Source of the DNA: Acidimicrobiia bacterium
GTDB lineage: Bacteria > Actinomycetota > Acidimicrobiia > Spongiisociales > ZC4RG35
DNA length: 64,000 nt
Direction: 5' to 3'
NCBI GenBank assembly: GCA_040905965.1
Contig: JBBDQP010000058.1
Span: 24,344 to 88,343, forward strand
Positions 31,595 through 40,454 of the stretch are shown one piece after another. Positions within the stretch are counted from its first letter, which is position 1; each line of letters opens with the position of its first letter. The translations under genes were made by a program, and so were the position numbers. The notes beneath the pieces were generated by a model, which was not told where the DNA came from, did no database searches, and saw nothing but the letters and a program-made list of their open reading frames with translations.

Positions 31595-32936
31595 CCTCCT
31601 GGATCACGGATGACGCCAGTTGGGGCGGCCCATAGGTTTCGCCGACCTTGTCGAGAGCGGCTTCGAGCGCCGCCAAAACTTCATCGTCGTAAAGCGGTGA
31701 AGTGTCTTCGCGCAACGCGTCGAGAGCGGCGCGTTGGCTCATGGCCATTCGGTAGCCGCGAACGCTGGTCATTGCGTCGAACGCGTCGGCCACCGCCAAC
31801 ACCTTCTGCTCGAGAGTGGGCGTCGTTGTGTGATGGTGACCTGTCTGTCCGAAGTCCTCCTCCGGCTGTCGGGGATGAGCACCGGAGCAGACGTCAACCA
31901 TCGGACGCAAGAAGTCGACTTCCGACAGAAGGTCATCCACCGTGTGGGTGGCCGTGCGAAGGCGTCGGTACTCGTCGTCGGTCAACGTTCCTTGCTTCCT
32001 CATCAGCTCGATCGGGATCGCCAGCTTGCCCATGTCGTGAATGAGCGACGCCCAACGCATATGTTCGAGTTGAGTTCCAGCAAAGCCCAGTTCTTGCCCA
32101 ATCAGCTGTGAGAAGTACGCAACCCGTTCTGTGTGACCCCTCGTATAGAGGTCCCGAGTTTCGAGCGTCTTCGCGAAACCGCGCAACGTCGACTCGTGGG
32201 CCACGCGCAGCACCGAGTACGACGTGAAAACGGTGTGGCCCAACACGTACACGACGAGTATCAAGAGCAGCAGAGACTCATTTGACGCAAACTCGAACAC
32301 GGCACCCAACATGCCTCCGAGCAGACCCATGAGGATCTGCGAACCGAACAACATCCACAGTCCCGACCACGGGAGAATGTTTCGTGACCCGTATGCGATA
32401 CGGACTCCAAACCGGACGAGTGAGATGTTGACGAGGTTGTAGACAAGACCGACCAACGCACCCACCGCCGCCACGTAGACGAAGTCACCGGTTTCTTGTG
32501 CGCCGCGACCATCGAGCAGGGTGTCGGCCACGAGACCAGCTGCGAACGCAGACACCACAAGAAGTCCGAAGTTGCTCGCCGGCTGAAACACGCGACGCCC
32601 CCGAAAGTCAAGGATGTCGAGGGGACCGACGGCAGCGATCAGCACCACAACGGTCACAGCGTCGAACTCGATGAACCCCTGCGGAGTGGCTTTTGTGTGG
32701 ATTGCGAAATAGGTGGAAGCGGTGGCGATGACCATCGCACTCGAGGAGGCGAGCATCCGGTCATTCACCTCAACGGATCGGAACGAGAGCGCAGCGAAGG
32801 CGAGGGCGAACAAACCCACGATCACCCAGTCGGTACCGGGCTTTGGGGTCCACCGCACAAGCGTGAATACCACGGTTCCGGCACCGAGAAGGAAGTAGGC
32901 GCTCGCCAGCGCGAATCGCTTCTTTCGGACATCCAC
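31575..32936 (-). CDS. membrane-anchored HD-GYP domain protein (putative c-di-GMP phosphodiesterase)
   Basis: N-terminal multi-TM region, then 'ASLIHDMGKLAIP' and 'VLAVADAFDAMTSVRGYR', the canonical HD-GYP C-terminal motif. Confidence 0.7.
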   Translation of the reverse strand: MDVRKKRFALASAYFLLGAGTVVFTLVRWTPKPGTDWVIVGLFALAFAALSFRSVEVNDRMLASSSAMVIATASTYFAIHTKATPQGFIEFDAVTVVVLIAAVGPLDILDFRGRRVFQPASNFGLLVVSAFAAGLVADTLLDGRGAQETGDFVYVAAVGALVGLVYNLVNISLVRFGVRIAYGSRNILPWSGLWMLFGSQILMGLLGGMLGAVFEFASNESLLLLILVVYVLGHTVFTSYSVLRVAHESTLRGFAKTLETRDLYTRGHTERVAYFSQLIGQELGFAGTQLEHMRWASLIHDMGKLAIPIELMRKQGTLTDDEYRRLRTATHTVDDLLSEVDFLRPMVDVCSGAHPRQPEEDFGQTGHHHTTTPTLEQKVLAVADAFDAMTSVRGYRMAMSQRAALDALREDTSPLYDDEVLAALEAALDKVGETYGPPQLASSVIQEDVVSRG

Positions 32937-32986
32937 CCGAACGGTCTCCTCGCTGTTCGAAGAGGAGAGAGGACCCGACGATCAGA

Positions 32987-33076
32987 TCAACCGATCTTGA
33001 AGGAAGCCGAGCCAGCCACTATGAGCGTGGCGAGGCTTCCGGCCGCAGCAAGAATCCGGACCAGGCGTGCCTTCAT
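32987..33076 (-). CDS. candidate small ORF (29 aa, hydrophobic: MKARLVRILAAAGSLATLIVAGSASFKIG) upstream of the HD-GYP gene
   Basis: Not in the ORF track because it is shorter than 60 aa. ATG preceded by GAGGTGA at a 6-nt spacing, in-frame TGA stop, ends about 50 nt upstream of the 31575-32936 gene on the same strand. Confidence 0.35.
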   Translation of the reverse strand: MKARLVRILAAAGSLATLIVAGSASFKIG

Positions 33077-33366
33077 CCGGTATCACCTCGTCGGTGAATC
33101 AAGACTCGCCGACACATCTGTCGACGCGTCGTTCCGCTCCGCTTCGGTGTAATCAACGTTGGAAGGATCCGTCGCCGGGCTCTCCCCGTATTCCCGACCC
33201 GTAGACGAGCCGGGAAACCTCACTTGTCAATGTGAGGCCCCACCTATGACAGGTCCGCCCACCTCCCAACCGGGCAGCGATCCCGGTTCCGCCGGCCTCC
33301 CTGTGTGAGACCGACCACAGTGCAATCTACCTGGCGAAATCGCGAAGTCGCAACATCCCGGGTCTC

Positions 33367-34035
33367 GTGCGCATCCCTGTCCTCACGGGGCTCGGGGGGT
33401 ACGCTCCGCTGACCATGGATGTCAACGCACTCGAAGCGGCCATCGCCCGGATCCCCGGCGTCGAGAACGTCCGGATCGTGCTCGAAGGCAACAGGCCGCG
33501 CGAAGTCCATGTCCTCGCCACACCAGGAAAACCGGCCAAACAAGTGGTGCGTGACGTCCAGTCGGTCGCGATGGCGGCATTCGATCTCGACATCGATCGC
33601 AGGATCATCTCGGTCGTCCAGATCGACGGCGAGGAACTGTCCGTCGGTGACCGCCCAATCGTCGACAATGTCGCCGAGGAGATCGACTTCTCCCGGATGA
33701 AAGTCACCGTCACCCTGCACTGGCACGACGAAAAGCTGACCGGTTCAGCCCAAGGTCCGGCTGCCTCCGCCACCCGGATGCGGCTGGTCGCCGAAGCCAC
33801 GCTCGTCGCCCTCGGGCAGGCACTCGACGAGAAGGCCGCCTTTGCGATCAGCGCCGAAGCCGTGCACCGAGTCGGGGCAGAGGACGTCGCCATCGCCCAG
33901 GTGGTACTTGTGGCCGGCGGCCGCGAACAGATGATGGTCGGATCAGCCCTGGTCGGCAGCAACCCGAGCCAGGCGATGGTGCGAGCGGTCCTCGATGCCG
34001 TGAACCACCAGGTCCCCGGACTCCGCCGTCCCTAA
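33367..34035 (+). CDS. hypothetical protein (two similar halves, Ala/Val-rich)
   Basis: 222-aa ORF with coding-like periodicity. No motif recognised. Confidence 0.45.
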   Translation: MRIPVLTGLGGYAPLTMDVNALEAAIARIPGVENVRIVLEGNRPREVHVLATPGKPAKQVVRDVQSVAMAAFDLDIDRRIISVVQIDGEELSVGDRPIVDNVAEEIDFSRMKVTVTLHWHDEKLTGSAQGPAASATRMRLVAEATLVALGQALDEKAAFAISAEAVHRVGAEDVAIAQVVLVAGGREQMMVGSALVGSNPSQAMVRAVLDAVNHQVPGLRRP

Positions 34036-34108
34036 TCCCGGGTCGGACGCGCCGAAACCGCCCCCAATCGGGGATTCCGCTCACATGGCCGAGTCCGAGA
34101 CTGCGGGA

Positions 34109-35203
34109 TCAGGGACCGGCGCGGGTCGGAATGGCGCGAAGGAAGGTACGGGCGTGGGGAGGCGAAGCCGGATCTATCACCATGCCCCGCTGATGGACGA
34201 CAACGTGATGGTGGAACCAGCACAAAGTGACGAGGTTGTCGGGATGATGGCTCCCTCGCTCCGAGTACGGCACGACGTGGTGGGGTTGGAGCCTCGATCG
34301 GGATTGGCAGCCGCCGATCACACAACGGTGACCGTCGCGGTGCAGCACGAGGGAACGGATCGCAGGGGGAATGGCGCGGCCGGTAGGCGACGTGGAGACG
34401 GTCCGCAGGACGTCGTCGTGAACGGTGACTCGAACCGTGCCGGAGCAGAGGATCTCACCGAGGGTGTTTGGACCGACCCTCGGTCCTGAGACGACGCTCA
34501 CGCCCTCCCGACCTTCGGACGTGGTGGCGAGGGCGGCGTCGATGAAGATCTCTGCGGTGAGTTCGTGGCCGCCGACCTCACCCGAAAGCCATTCGGACGC
34601 CACCGAAACCAGCCCGTCCGCCCGAAGCTGGCCGGCGGTGGCATCAGGGTCGCCCGGAAGACTGTCGACCGAGGTGCTGATCGCCTTCTCGACGATGCGC
34701 CCATCGACACCGGACAATTGGCCCCACATCCGCCAGATGCTCTCGTCGAGGGAAGGCTGCATGTGAAGAAACCGACCGGCGTGGGAATCTGACTCCGCAT
34801 CGGGACTGATGGGACGGCGTTGGGCTGTCATCTGGCGAACACCGGCGATGTCTCGACCGACAGACTCGTCGACAGTGGCCTGATCTGCCCCCGACTGGAT
34901 GAGGCAGAGCGTGGCGTTCGCCCGATCGACACTGGCGCCTTCCTCGAGCATCTCATCGATCCGCTCGTCGTTCGAGCGAGCGAGACCCAGCAGGGTCCGT
35001 GCCGTCCGGACGTCCACATCGAGACGGGCGGACAGCCATTCGTCCATGCCCCTCGCGCCGTCCACCATGTCGATCTGGGCGGCGTCGAGCGCGCGGATTG
35101 CCGGAAGCATCTTCGCCGTCACCCGTCCGATCAGGCCGGTGCAATCAGCCAGGTGCTGTTCCAACTGGTCGATCGTGAAGTCGGTTGAGGCGCTTGCGAA
35201 CAT
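34109..35203 (-). CDS. DUF222-HNH endonuclease (REP13E12-type)
   Basis: C-terminal HNH motif ('HHVVPYSERGSHHPDNLVTLCWFHHHVVVH') with a DUF222-like N-terminal region. Start taken at the internal Met (MFASAS…). Confidence 0.7.
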   Translation of the reverse strand: MFASASTDFTIDQLEQHLADCTGLIGRVTAKMLPAIRALDAAQIDMVDGARGMDEWLSARLDVDVRTARTLLGLARSNDERIDEMLEEGASVDRANATLCLIQSGADQATVDESVGRDIAGVRQMTAQRRPISPDAESDSHAGRFLHMQPSLDESIWRMWGQLSGVDGRIVEKAISTSVDSLPGDPDATAGQLRADGLVSVASEWLSGEVGGHELTAEIFIDAALATTSEGREGVSVVSGPRVGPNTLGEILCSGTVRVTVHDDVLRTVSTSPTGRAIPPAIRSLVLHRDGHRCVIGGCQSRSRLQPHHVVPYSERGSHHPDNLVTLCWFHHHVVVHQRGMVIDPASPPHARTFLRAIPTRAGP

Positions 35204-35294
35204 GAACCAAACGTATCGGAGGGGTGTGACAAGAAGTCCTTGACGCGAAAGGGCGAACGCACCCCTTTTTCGGACCGACCCGCCCCCTGCCAAG

Positions 35295-36872
35295 ATGATT
35301 CGCATGCTCGAAGTTCAAGGATTCGACGGTGCGGTCGTGACGCCGCATGTGCTCTCGACCCAGGCCGGAATGGAGGCTCTCGACCGGGGCGGCTCGGCGG
35401 TGGATGCCGCCATCGCCGCCAACGCCGTGCAGGGCATGGTGGCCCCGGAGACCTGCGGGATCGGAGGCGATCTCTTCGCTCTGATTCACACGAACGGCGC
35501 AGTCACCGCCCTCAACGCCTCGGGATGGGCGGGCTCGAATGCGTCGGCGCAGGACCTCCGGGATGAAGGCCTGACGTCGATCCCTCAGCACCACCCGGCA
35601 GGCGTCACCATCCCGGGATGCGTGGCGGGATGGTTCGCCCTCCACCAAAGGCACGGACGGCTTCCGTTCGGCGACCTACTCCAACGAGCGATCGAGCATG
35701 GACGGCGCGGGTTCGCCGCCTCCACCGAGTACAGCCGCGCCACTCATCGCATGGCCGAATTCCTTGCCGGGAACGAAGCAGGAGCCCAGTTGCTCATCGA
35801 CGGTCGACCGGCGCTCCGAGGTGAGCGCGTTCATCGGCCGAATCTGGCGCACACCCTGGAACGGATCGCCGAGGGAGGCCCCACAGCGTTCTACGAAGGT
35901 CCGGTCGCCAAGTCGGTCAGCGAGGCCGTCGGCGGACTCATCACCCCGGACGACCTCGCCGCCTACTCCCCCGACTGGGTCGACCCGATCTCCGCCCGAG
36001 TGTTCGGTGTGACGGGTTGGACGATTCCGCCCAACAGCCAGGGATATCTGACCCTCGCCACTCTCCTCCTCTTCGAATCGCTCACTCCCACCCTGGACCC
36101 CGGCGACCCGAGATGGACCCACACCCTCATCGAGGCGTATCGGGCAGTGGCCGCCGAACGCGACGACGTCGTCGCCGATCCTCATCATGCGCCCCTCCCG
36201 AACGAGGTGCTGCTCGACCCGGAACGCCTGGCAGCCTTCGGCGAGAAGATTTCGATGGACTCCGCAGCACCACAACCGCGGCCCATGCCCAAGCCGGGTG
36301 GAACGATGTACATGTGCGCGGTCGACGGCACCGGGATGGGCGTGTCGCTGATCGAGTCGAACTTCCGGGGAATTGGCTCTGGGATCGGCGCCGCCGACAG
36401 CGGGTTCATCCTCCACGACCGCGGTGGTGGGTTCGACCTGCGAACAGGTCACCCCAACGAGATCGGCCCAGGCAAGCGACCACTGCACACCCTGTCTCCG
36501 ACACTGTGGACCGACGGCGCCCGGCTTCGCACCGTGCTCGGCACGCGGGGCGGACATCAGCAACCGCAACTCCTCGCCCAGGTCGCCGCCCTGCTCTTCG
36601 GGGCAGGCCGGTCCGCGGGCCACGCCCAGAGTGCACCCCGCTGGACGATCGCCAACGCCGAGCTGACGGCCACCACTTCCGTGATCGACGTCGAATCCTC
36701 CATGTCGAGTCACATCACCGCCGGCCTCGCCGAGCGTGGCCACACAGTGCGCCCCCAGGCCGACCGGATGGGAGGGTGGGGGCCGGCATCCGTGATCGAC
36801 ATCGACTCGCAGGGGCTTCGCACCGCGGCTGCCGACGGGCGGGTCGACACCGCGTCGGCCGCGGTGCGCTGA
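35295..36872 (+). CDS. ggt: gamma-glutamyltransferase
   Basis: GGT family throughout, with the nucleophile region 'GGTMYMCAVDGTG'. 525 aa. Confidence 0.8.
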   Translation: MIRMLEVQGFDGAVVTPHVLSTQAGMEALDRGGSAVDAAIAANAVQGMVAPETCGIGGDLFALIHTNGAVTALNASGWAGSNASAQDLRDEGLTSIPQHHPAGVTIPGCVAGWFALHQRHGRLPFGDLLQRAIEHGRRGFAASTEYSRATHRMAEFLAGNEAGAQLLIDGRPALRGERVHRPNLAHTLERIAEGGPTAFYEGPVAKSVSEAVGGLITPDDLAAYSPDWVDPISARVFGVTGWTIPPNSQGYLTLATLLLFESLTPTLDPGDPRWTHTLIEAYRAVAAERDDVVADPHHAPLPNEVLLDPERLAAFGEKISMDSAAPQPRPMPKPGGTMYMCAVDGTGMGVSLIESNFRGIGSGIGAADSGFILHDRGGGFDLRTGHPNEIGPGKRPLHTLSPTLWTDGARLRTVLGTRGGHQQPQLLAQVAALLFGAGRSAGHAQSAPRWTIANAELTATTSVIDVESSMSSHITAGLAERGHTVRPQADRMGGWGPASVIDIDSQGLRTAAADGRVDTASAAVR

Positions 36873-37516
36873 TGGGGAGACTCGTGCTCGTTCGCCACGG
36901 GCAGGCAGAGGGGAACACCGAGCATCGATTCATCGGTCAAAGCGACGTACCTCTCACCGAGATCGGAAGAAGTCAAGCGGAAGCGGTCGGTCTTCGACTG
37001 CGCGGCGCCGAGATCAGTCGGGTGGTTTCGAGTGATCTCGTCAGGGCATCCGACACGGCCGCAGCGATCGCGGCGGTATCCGGCCATTCCGTGGACGTCG
37101 AACCGGCCATCCGCGAGATCCACAACGGGGAGTGGGTCGGCCTCACCCCGACTGACATCGAGACCGGCTGGCCCGACCTGTGGAGCAGATACCGGGGTGG
37201 AGAGGACGTGCCTCGTCCTGGTGGCGAGAGGTGGGCCGACGTGCGGGAGCGATCGGTCGCCGTCTTCCGCCGGCTGCTCAAGCTCGACGGCGTGACCGTC
37301 GTCGTCTCTCACGGAGGGCCGATCATCATCGGCGCCCATTGGGCCACCGGCCAGACTGTGACCGGAAATGTCTTCCGGGGTCCGCTCGGCGCGGTGCAGA
37401 ACACGTCGATCACCGTGATCGACCCCGGACCAAAACTGACCGCCTTCAACGACGTTGGGCATCTCGACCCGTTCGCCGGATTCGAGGTGCCCGACGCCCC
37501 GGTCTCAGCGAGTTGA
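36872..37516 (+). CDS. histidine phosphatase family protein (phosphoglycerate mutase-like)
   Basis: 'LVRHGQAEGN' RHG motif. The ATG overlaps the ggt stop (TGATG). The upstream 285 codons of the ORF frame are Arg-rich shadow. Confidence 0.75.
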   Translation: MGRLVLVRHGQAEGNTEHRFIGQSDVPLTEIGRSQAEAVGLRLRGAEISRVVSSDLVRASDTAAAIAAVSGHSVDVEPAIREIHNGEWVGLTPTDIETGWPDLWSRYRGGEDVPRPGGERWADVRERSVAVFRRLLKLDGVTVVVSHGGPIIIGAHWATGQTVTGNVFRGPLGAVQNTSITVIDPGPKLTAFNDVGHLDPFAGFEVPDAPVSAS

Positions 37517-38521
37517 GGCCACCATCGCCGCAAGGTCTTCGTCCGACATCGGCGGTGCCCCGTCGAGGGTGTAATACCCGATCCGGGCGATCCGGTCGCC
37601 GTATCGATCCTTGATCACCGTGCCGACCCGGTCGGGTTCGGCGACGATTCCCACCGTCTCGACCACCTCGTCGGGAATCAGCGCACCCATCGACTTCCAC
37701 TCTCCCCGCTTGCTCATCGCGTTGAGTTCATCGGCGAAGTCCCAGCCGTGCGTTTCGAGCACGATGCGGTAACTCGGGGTCGAGGCGTAGAAGGCCATCT
37801 GCTGCTTGGTTGCCGCCATCGACCGTGCCATCTCTTCTTCGTCCCTTCCGGTCACGACGAATACCGTGGATATCAAGTCGATCGCGGAGGCATCCCGCCC
37901 GAAGTCGGCGGCTCCGGAGGCGACGTTCGGAATCACCACTTCGTCGAGATACTTGACCGTGTGGAACGGGTGGACGTGGAATCCGTCGCAGCGCTCACCG
38001 GCGAGACGGGCGAGCTGCGGACCCACCCCTGCGATGGCCACGGGAACGTGGGGATGGTCTATGGGGCCCGGGTTGAAGAACGGCGTGATCAGCGTGAAAC
38101 GGTATTCGGTGCTGTCGAAACGGAGGCCCTCGCCGGTCTGGAAGGAGGTCCAGATGGCGCGGAGCGCGTCGATGTAGTCGCGAAGGCGGGCCGTCGCCGT
38201 CGTCCACTCCATCCCGAATCGCCTCACGATGTGCGGTTTGATCTGGGTGCCGAGGCCGAGGATGAATCGCCCATGCGACATGGCGGCCAAATCCCACGCC
38301 ACCTGCGCGGTGACCATCGGCGAACGGGGAAACGCCACGGCGATGGCGGTGCCGAGGGTCAGCTCGGGGGCGGCGGTGGCTGCGAGGGCAAGCGGGATGA
38401 AAGGATCGTGGGCCGTCTCTGCGGTGAAGAATCCGTCGAACCCGATCTCGGCTCTTCGACGCGCCTCGTCAGCGACCTCGAGGGTCGGCGTGGTGGGAGG
38501 GAGGTAGTAGTCAACCAGCAT
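37505..38521 (-). CDS. LLM-class F420-dependent oxidoreductase (luciferase-like monooxygenase)
   Basis: LLM TIM-barrel sequence (…GFDGFFTAETAHDPFIPLA…, …FILGLGTQ…). Confidence 0.75.
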   Translation of the reverse strand: MLVDYYLPPTTPTLEVADEARRRAEIGFDGFFTAETAHDPFIPLALAATAAPELTLGTAIAVAFPRSPMVTAQVAWDLAAMSHGRFILGLGTQIKPHIVRRFGMEWTTATARLRDYIDALRAIWTSFQTGEGLRFDSTEYRFTLITPFFNPGPIDHPHVPVAIAGVGPQLARLAGERCDGFHVHPFHTVKYLDEVVIPNVASGAADFGRDASAIDLISTVFVVTGRDEEEMARSMAATKQQMAFYASTPSYRIVLETHGWDFADELNAMSKRGEWKSMGALIPDEVVETVGIVAEPDRVGTVIKDRYGDRIARIGYYTLDGAPPMSDEDLAAMVASTR

Positions 38522-38583
38522 CGATTCCTCGTTTTCGGGAAGGTCAGAACCTAACGCCGTCCGAGCTCGGGCTGGTCGCTACG

Positions 38584-38922
38584 ATGCCGGGCGTGAACAA
38601 GATCGGAAAAGTGATTGGCCTCGTCGGTGGCGCCCTCGCCATCCTCTGGGCCATGCGCGACCGCTTGGTCTCCATCGCCGCCCCGCAGGATCCGGAGCCG
38701 CCCAAATTCCGCGTCGTACCACCCCAGCCTGCGCCTGCTTCGGCCGACGATCTCACGTCGATCACCGGGATCGGACCGGTCTTCGCCGGTCGGCTGCGCG
38801 ATGCCGGCATCACGACGTACGCCGATGTCGCAGGGGCGGGAGCCGCCAAGCTTGCTGCGATCACCGGCACATCCGAGGCTCGCGCCGCTGAGTGGGGAGC
38901 TGCAGCCTCGGCCCTGGTCTAG
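38584..38922 (+). CDS. small helix-hairpin-helix (HhH) domain protein with N-terminal membrane anchor
   Basis: '[27 protein letters not shown]' HhH motif and an N-terminal hydrophobic segment. 112 aa. Confidence 0.5.
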   Translation: MPGVNKIGKVIGLVGGALAILWAMRDRLVSIAAPQDPEPPKFRVVPPQPAPASADDLTSITGIGPVFAGRLRDAGITTYADVAGAGAAKLAAITGTSEARAAEWGAAASALV

Positions 38923-38965
38923 GGAGCGGCGCCGGTCGACTGGAACTACCGAGAGTGGAGTCGAG

Positions 38966-40084
38966 ATGAGTGGTGTGCGAGTGCTCGTCGGCACCAAGAA
39001 GGGTGCGTTCGTCCTGACGGCGGACGGCGCCCGTCGGTCCTGGGACGTGACAGGTCCTCTCTTTGCCGGATGGGAGATCTACCACCTCAAGGGATCACCG
39101 GTGGATCCGTCCCGGATCTGGGCATCGCAGTCCACCGGCTGGTTCGGTCAACTGATCCAACGGTCAGACGACGGCGGTCAGACATGGAATGCGGTGGGCA
39201 ACGAGTTCGCCTACCAGGGCGAGACGAGCCCTCACCAGTGGTACGACGGCACACCCCATCCTTGGGAGTTCGCAAGGGTGTGGCATCTCGAACCGTCCCT
39301 CAGTGACACCGACGTGGTGTGGGCAGGTGTGGAGGATGCCGCGCTGTTCCGCACGACTGACGGGGGCCACTCGTGGCAGGAGATGGCCGGCATGCGGACG
39401 CAGCCCACAGCGTCTCGCTGGGCTCCCGGTGCCGGCGGCCTTTGCCTCCACACCATCCTCATCGACCCGTCCAACGAGGATCGGATGTTCGGCGCGGTGT
39501 CCGCCGCCGGAGTCTTCCGCAGTGATGACCGGGGCGAGTCGTGGAGACCCGTCAACAAGGGCTTGGTGTCGTCCCCCGAGCTGCCCGAACCCGAAGCCGA
39601 AGTCGGACACTGTGTGCACAACCTCGCCATGCATCCCGACCGTCCCGACGTGCTCTTCATGCAGAAGCACTGGGACGTCAACCGTTCCGACGACGGCGGT
39701 GAGACGTGGCACGAGGTGAGCGGCGACCTTCCCACCGATTTCGGCTTTCCGATCGAGGTGAACGCCAACGAACCGGACACGGTGTATGTGGTTCCGATCA
39801 CCAGCGACTCCGAGCATTTCCCTCCCGAGGGGAGACTCCGGGTGTATCGAAGCCGGGTCGGAGGCAACGAGTGGGAGCCGCTCACGAAGGGCCTCCCGCA
39901 AGAGAACTGTTACGTCAACGTCCTACGGGATGCGATGTGCGTCGACCACCTCGACCCGTGCGGCATCTACTTCGGGACGACAGGCGGGCAGGTGTACGGA
40001 TCGGCGGACGGAGGAGATTCGTGGGATCCGATCGTGCGGGATCTTCCGGCGGTGCTGTCCGTCGAGGTGCAGACACTGCCGTGA
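38966..40084 (+). CDS. BNR/Asp-box repeat beta-propeller protein (sialidase/Ycf48-like fold)
   Basis: Repeated Asp-box motifs ([39 protein letters not shown]). 372 aa. ATG at 38966. Confidence 0.75.
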   Translation: MSGVRVLVGTKKGAFVLTADGARRSWDVTGPLFAGWEIYHLKGSPVDPSRIWASQSTGWFGQLIQRSDDGGQTWNAVGNEFAYQGETSPHQWYDGTPHPWEFARVWHLEPSLSDTDVVWAGVEDAALFRTTDGGHSWQEMAGMRTQPTASRWAPGAGGLCLHTILIDPSNEDRMFGAVSAAGVFRSDDRGESWRPVNKGLVSSPELPEPEAEVGHCVHNLAMHPDRPDVLFMQKHWDVNRSDDGGETWHEVSGDLPTDFGFPIEVNANEPDTVYVVPITSDSEHFPPEGRLRVYRSRVGGNEWEPLTKGLPQENCYVNVLRDAMCVDHLDPCGIYFGTTGGQVYGSADGGDSWDPIVRDLPAVLSVEVQTLP

Positions 40085-40377
40085 TCCGGGTGCAACTGCC
40101 ATATCACCTGCGGAACCTGGCCGGTACCGGGAGCGAGGTCGAGCTCGAAGTGGAGGGCCCGGTGACGCAACGGTCGATCCTCGATGAACTCGAACGGGCG
40201 TATCCGGTGCTGCGAGGCACGATCCGGGGTCACGGGACGGCCGACCGGAGGCCATTCGTCCGCTTCTTCGCATGTCAGGAGGATCTGTCCCACGACGATC
40301 CAGACGCCGAGCTTCCCGCCGAGGTGGCAGCGGGGAAGGAACCGTTCATGGTCATCGGAGCCATGTCGGGCGGTTGA
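40081..40377 (+). CDS. MoaD/ThiS-family ubiquitin-like sulfur-carrier protein (C-terminal Gly-Gly)
   Basis: 98 aa ending '…MVIGAMSGG' immediately before the stop. GTG overlaps the BNR gene stop (GTGA). Confidence 0.7.
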   Translation: MIRVQLPYHLRNLAGTGSEVELEVEGPVTQRSILDELERAYPVLRGTIRGHGTADRRPFVRFFACQEDLSHDDPDAELPAEVAAGKEPFMVIGAMSGG

Positions 40378-40454
40378 TCGACCGGGCTTGGCGTGCCGCA
40401 GGCTGACTTGGCTGATGGCCGGCACCGATCCGATCGTCCGTACACTTCAGGCCG

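Noticed and set aside
36017-36871. 285-codon N-terminal extension of the ORF 36017-37516
   Set aside because: It lies inside ggt in another frame and is Arg/Pro-rich. The true histidine-phosphatase gene starts at the ATG at 36872.
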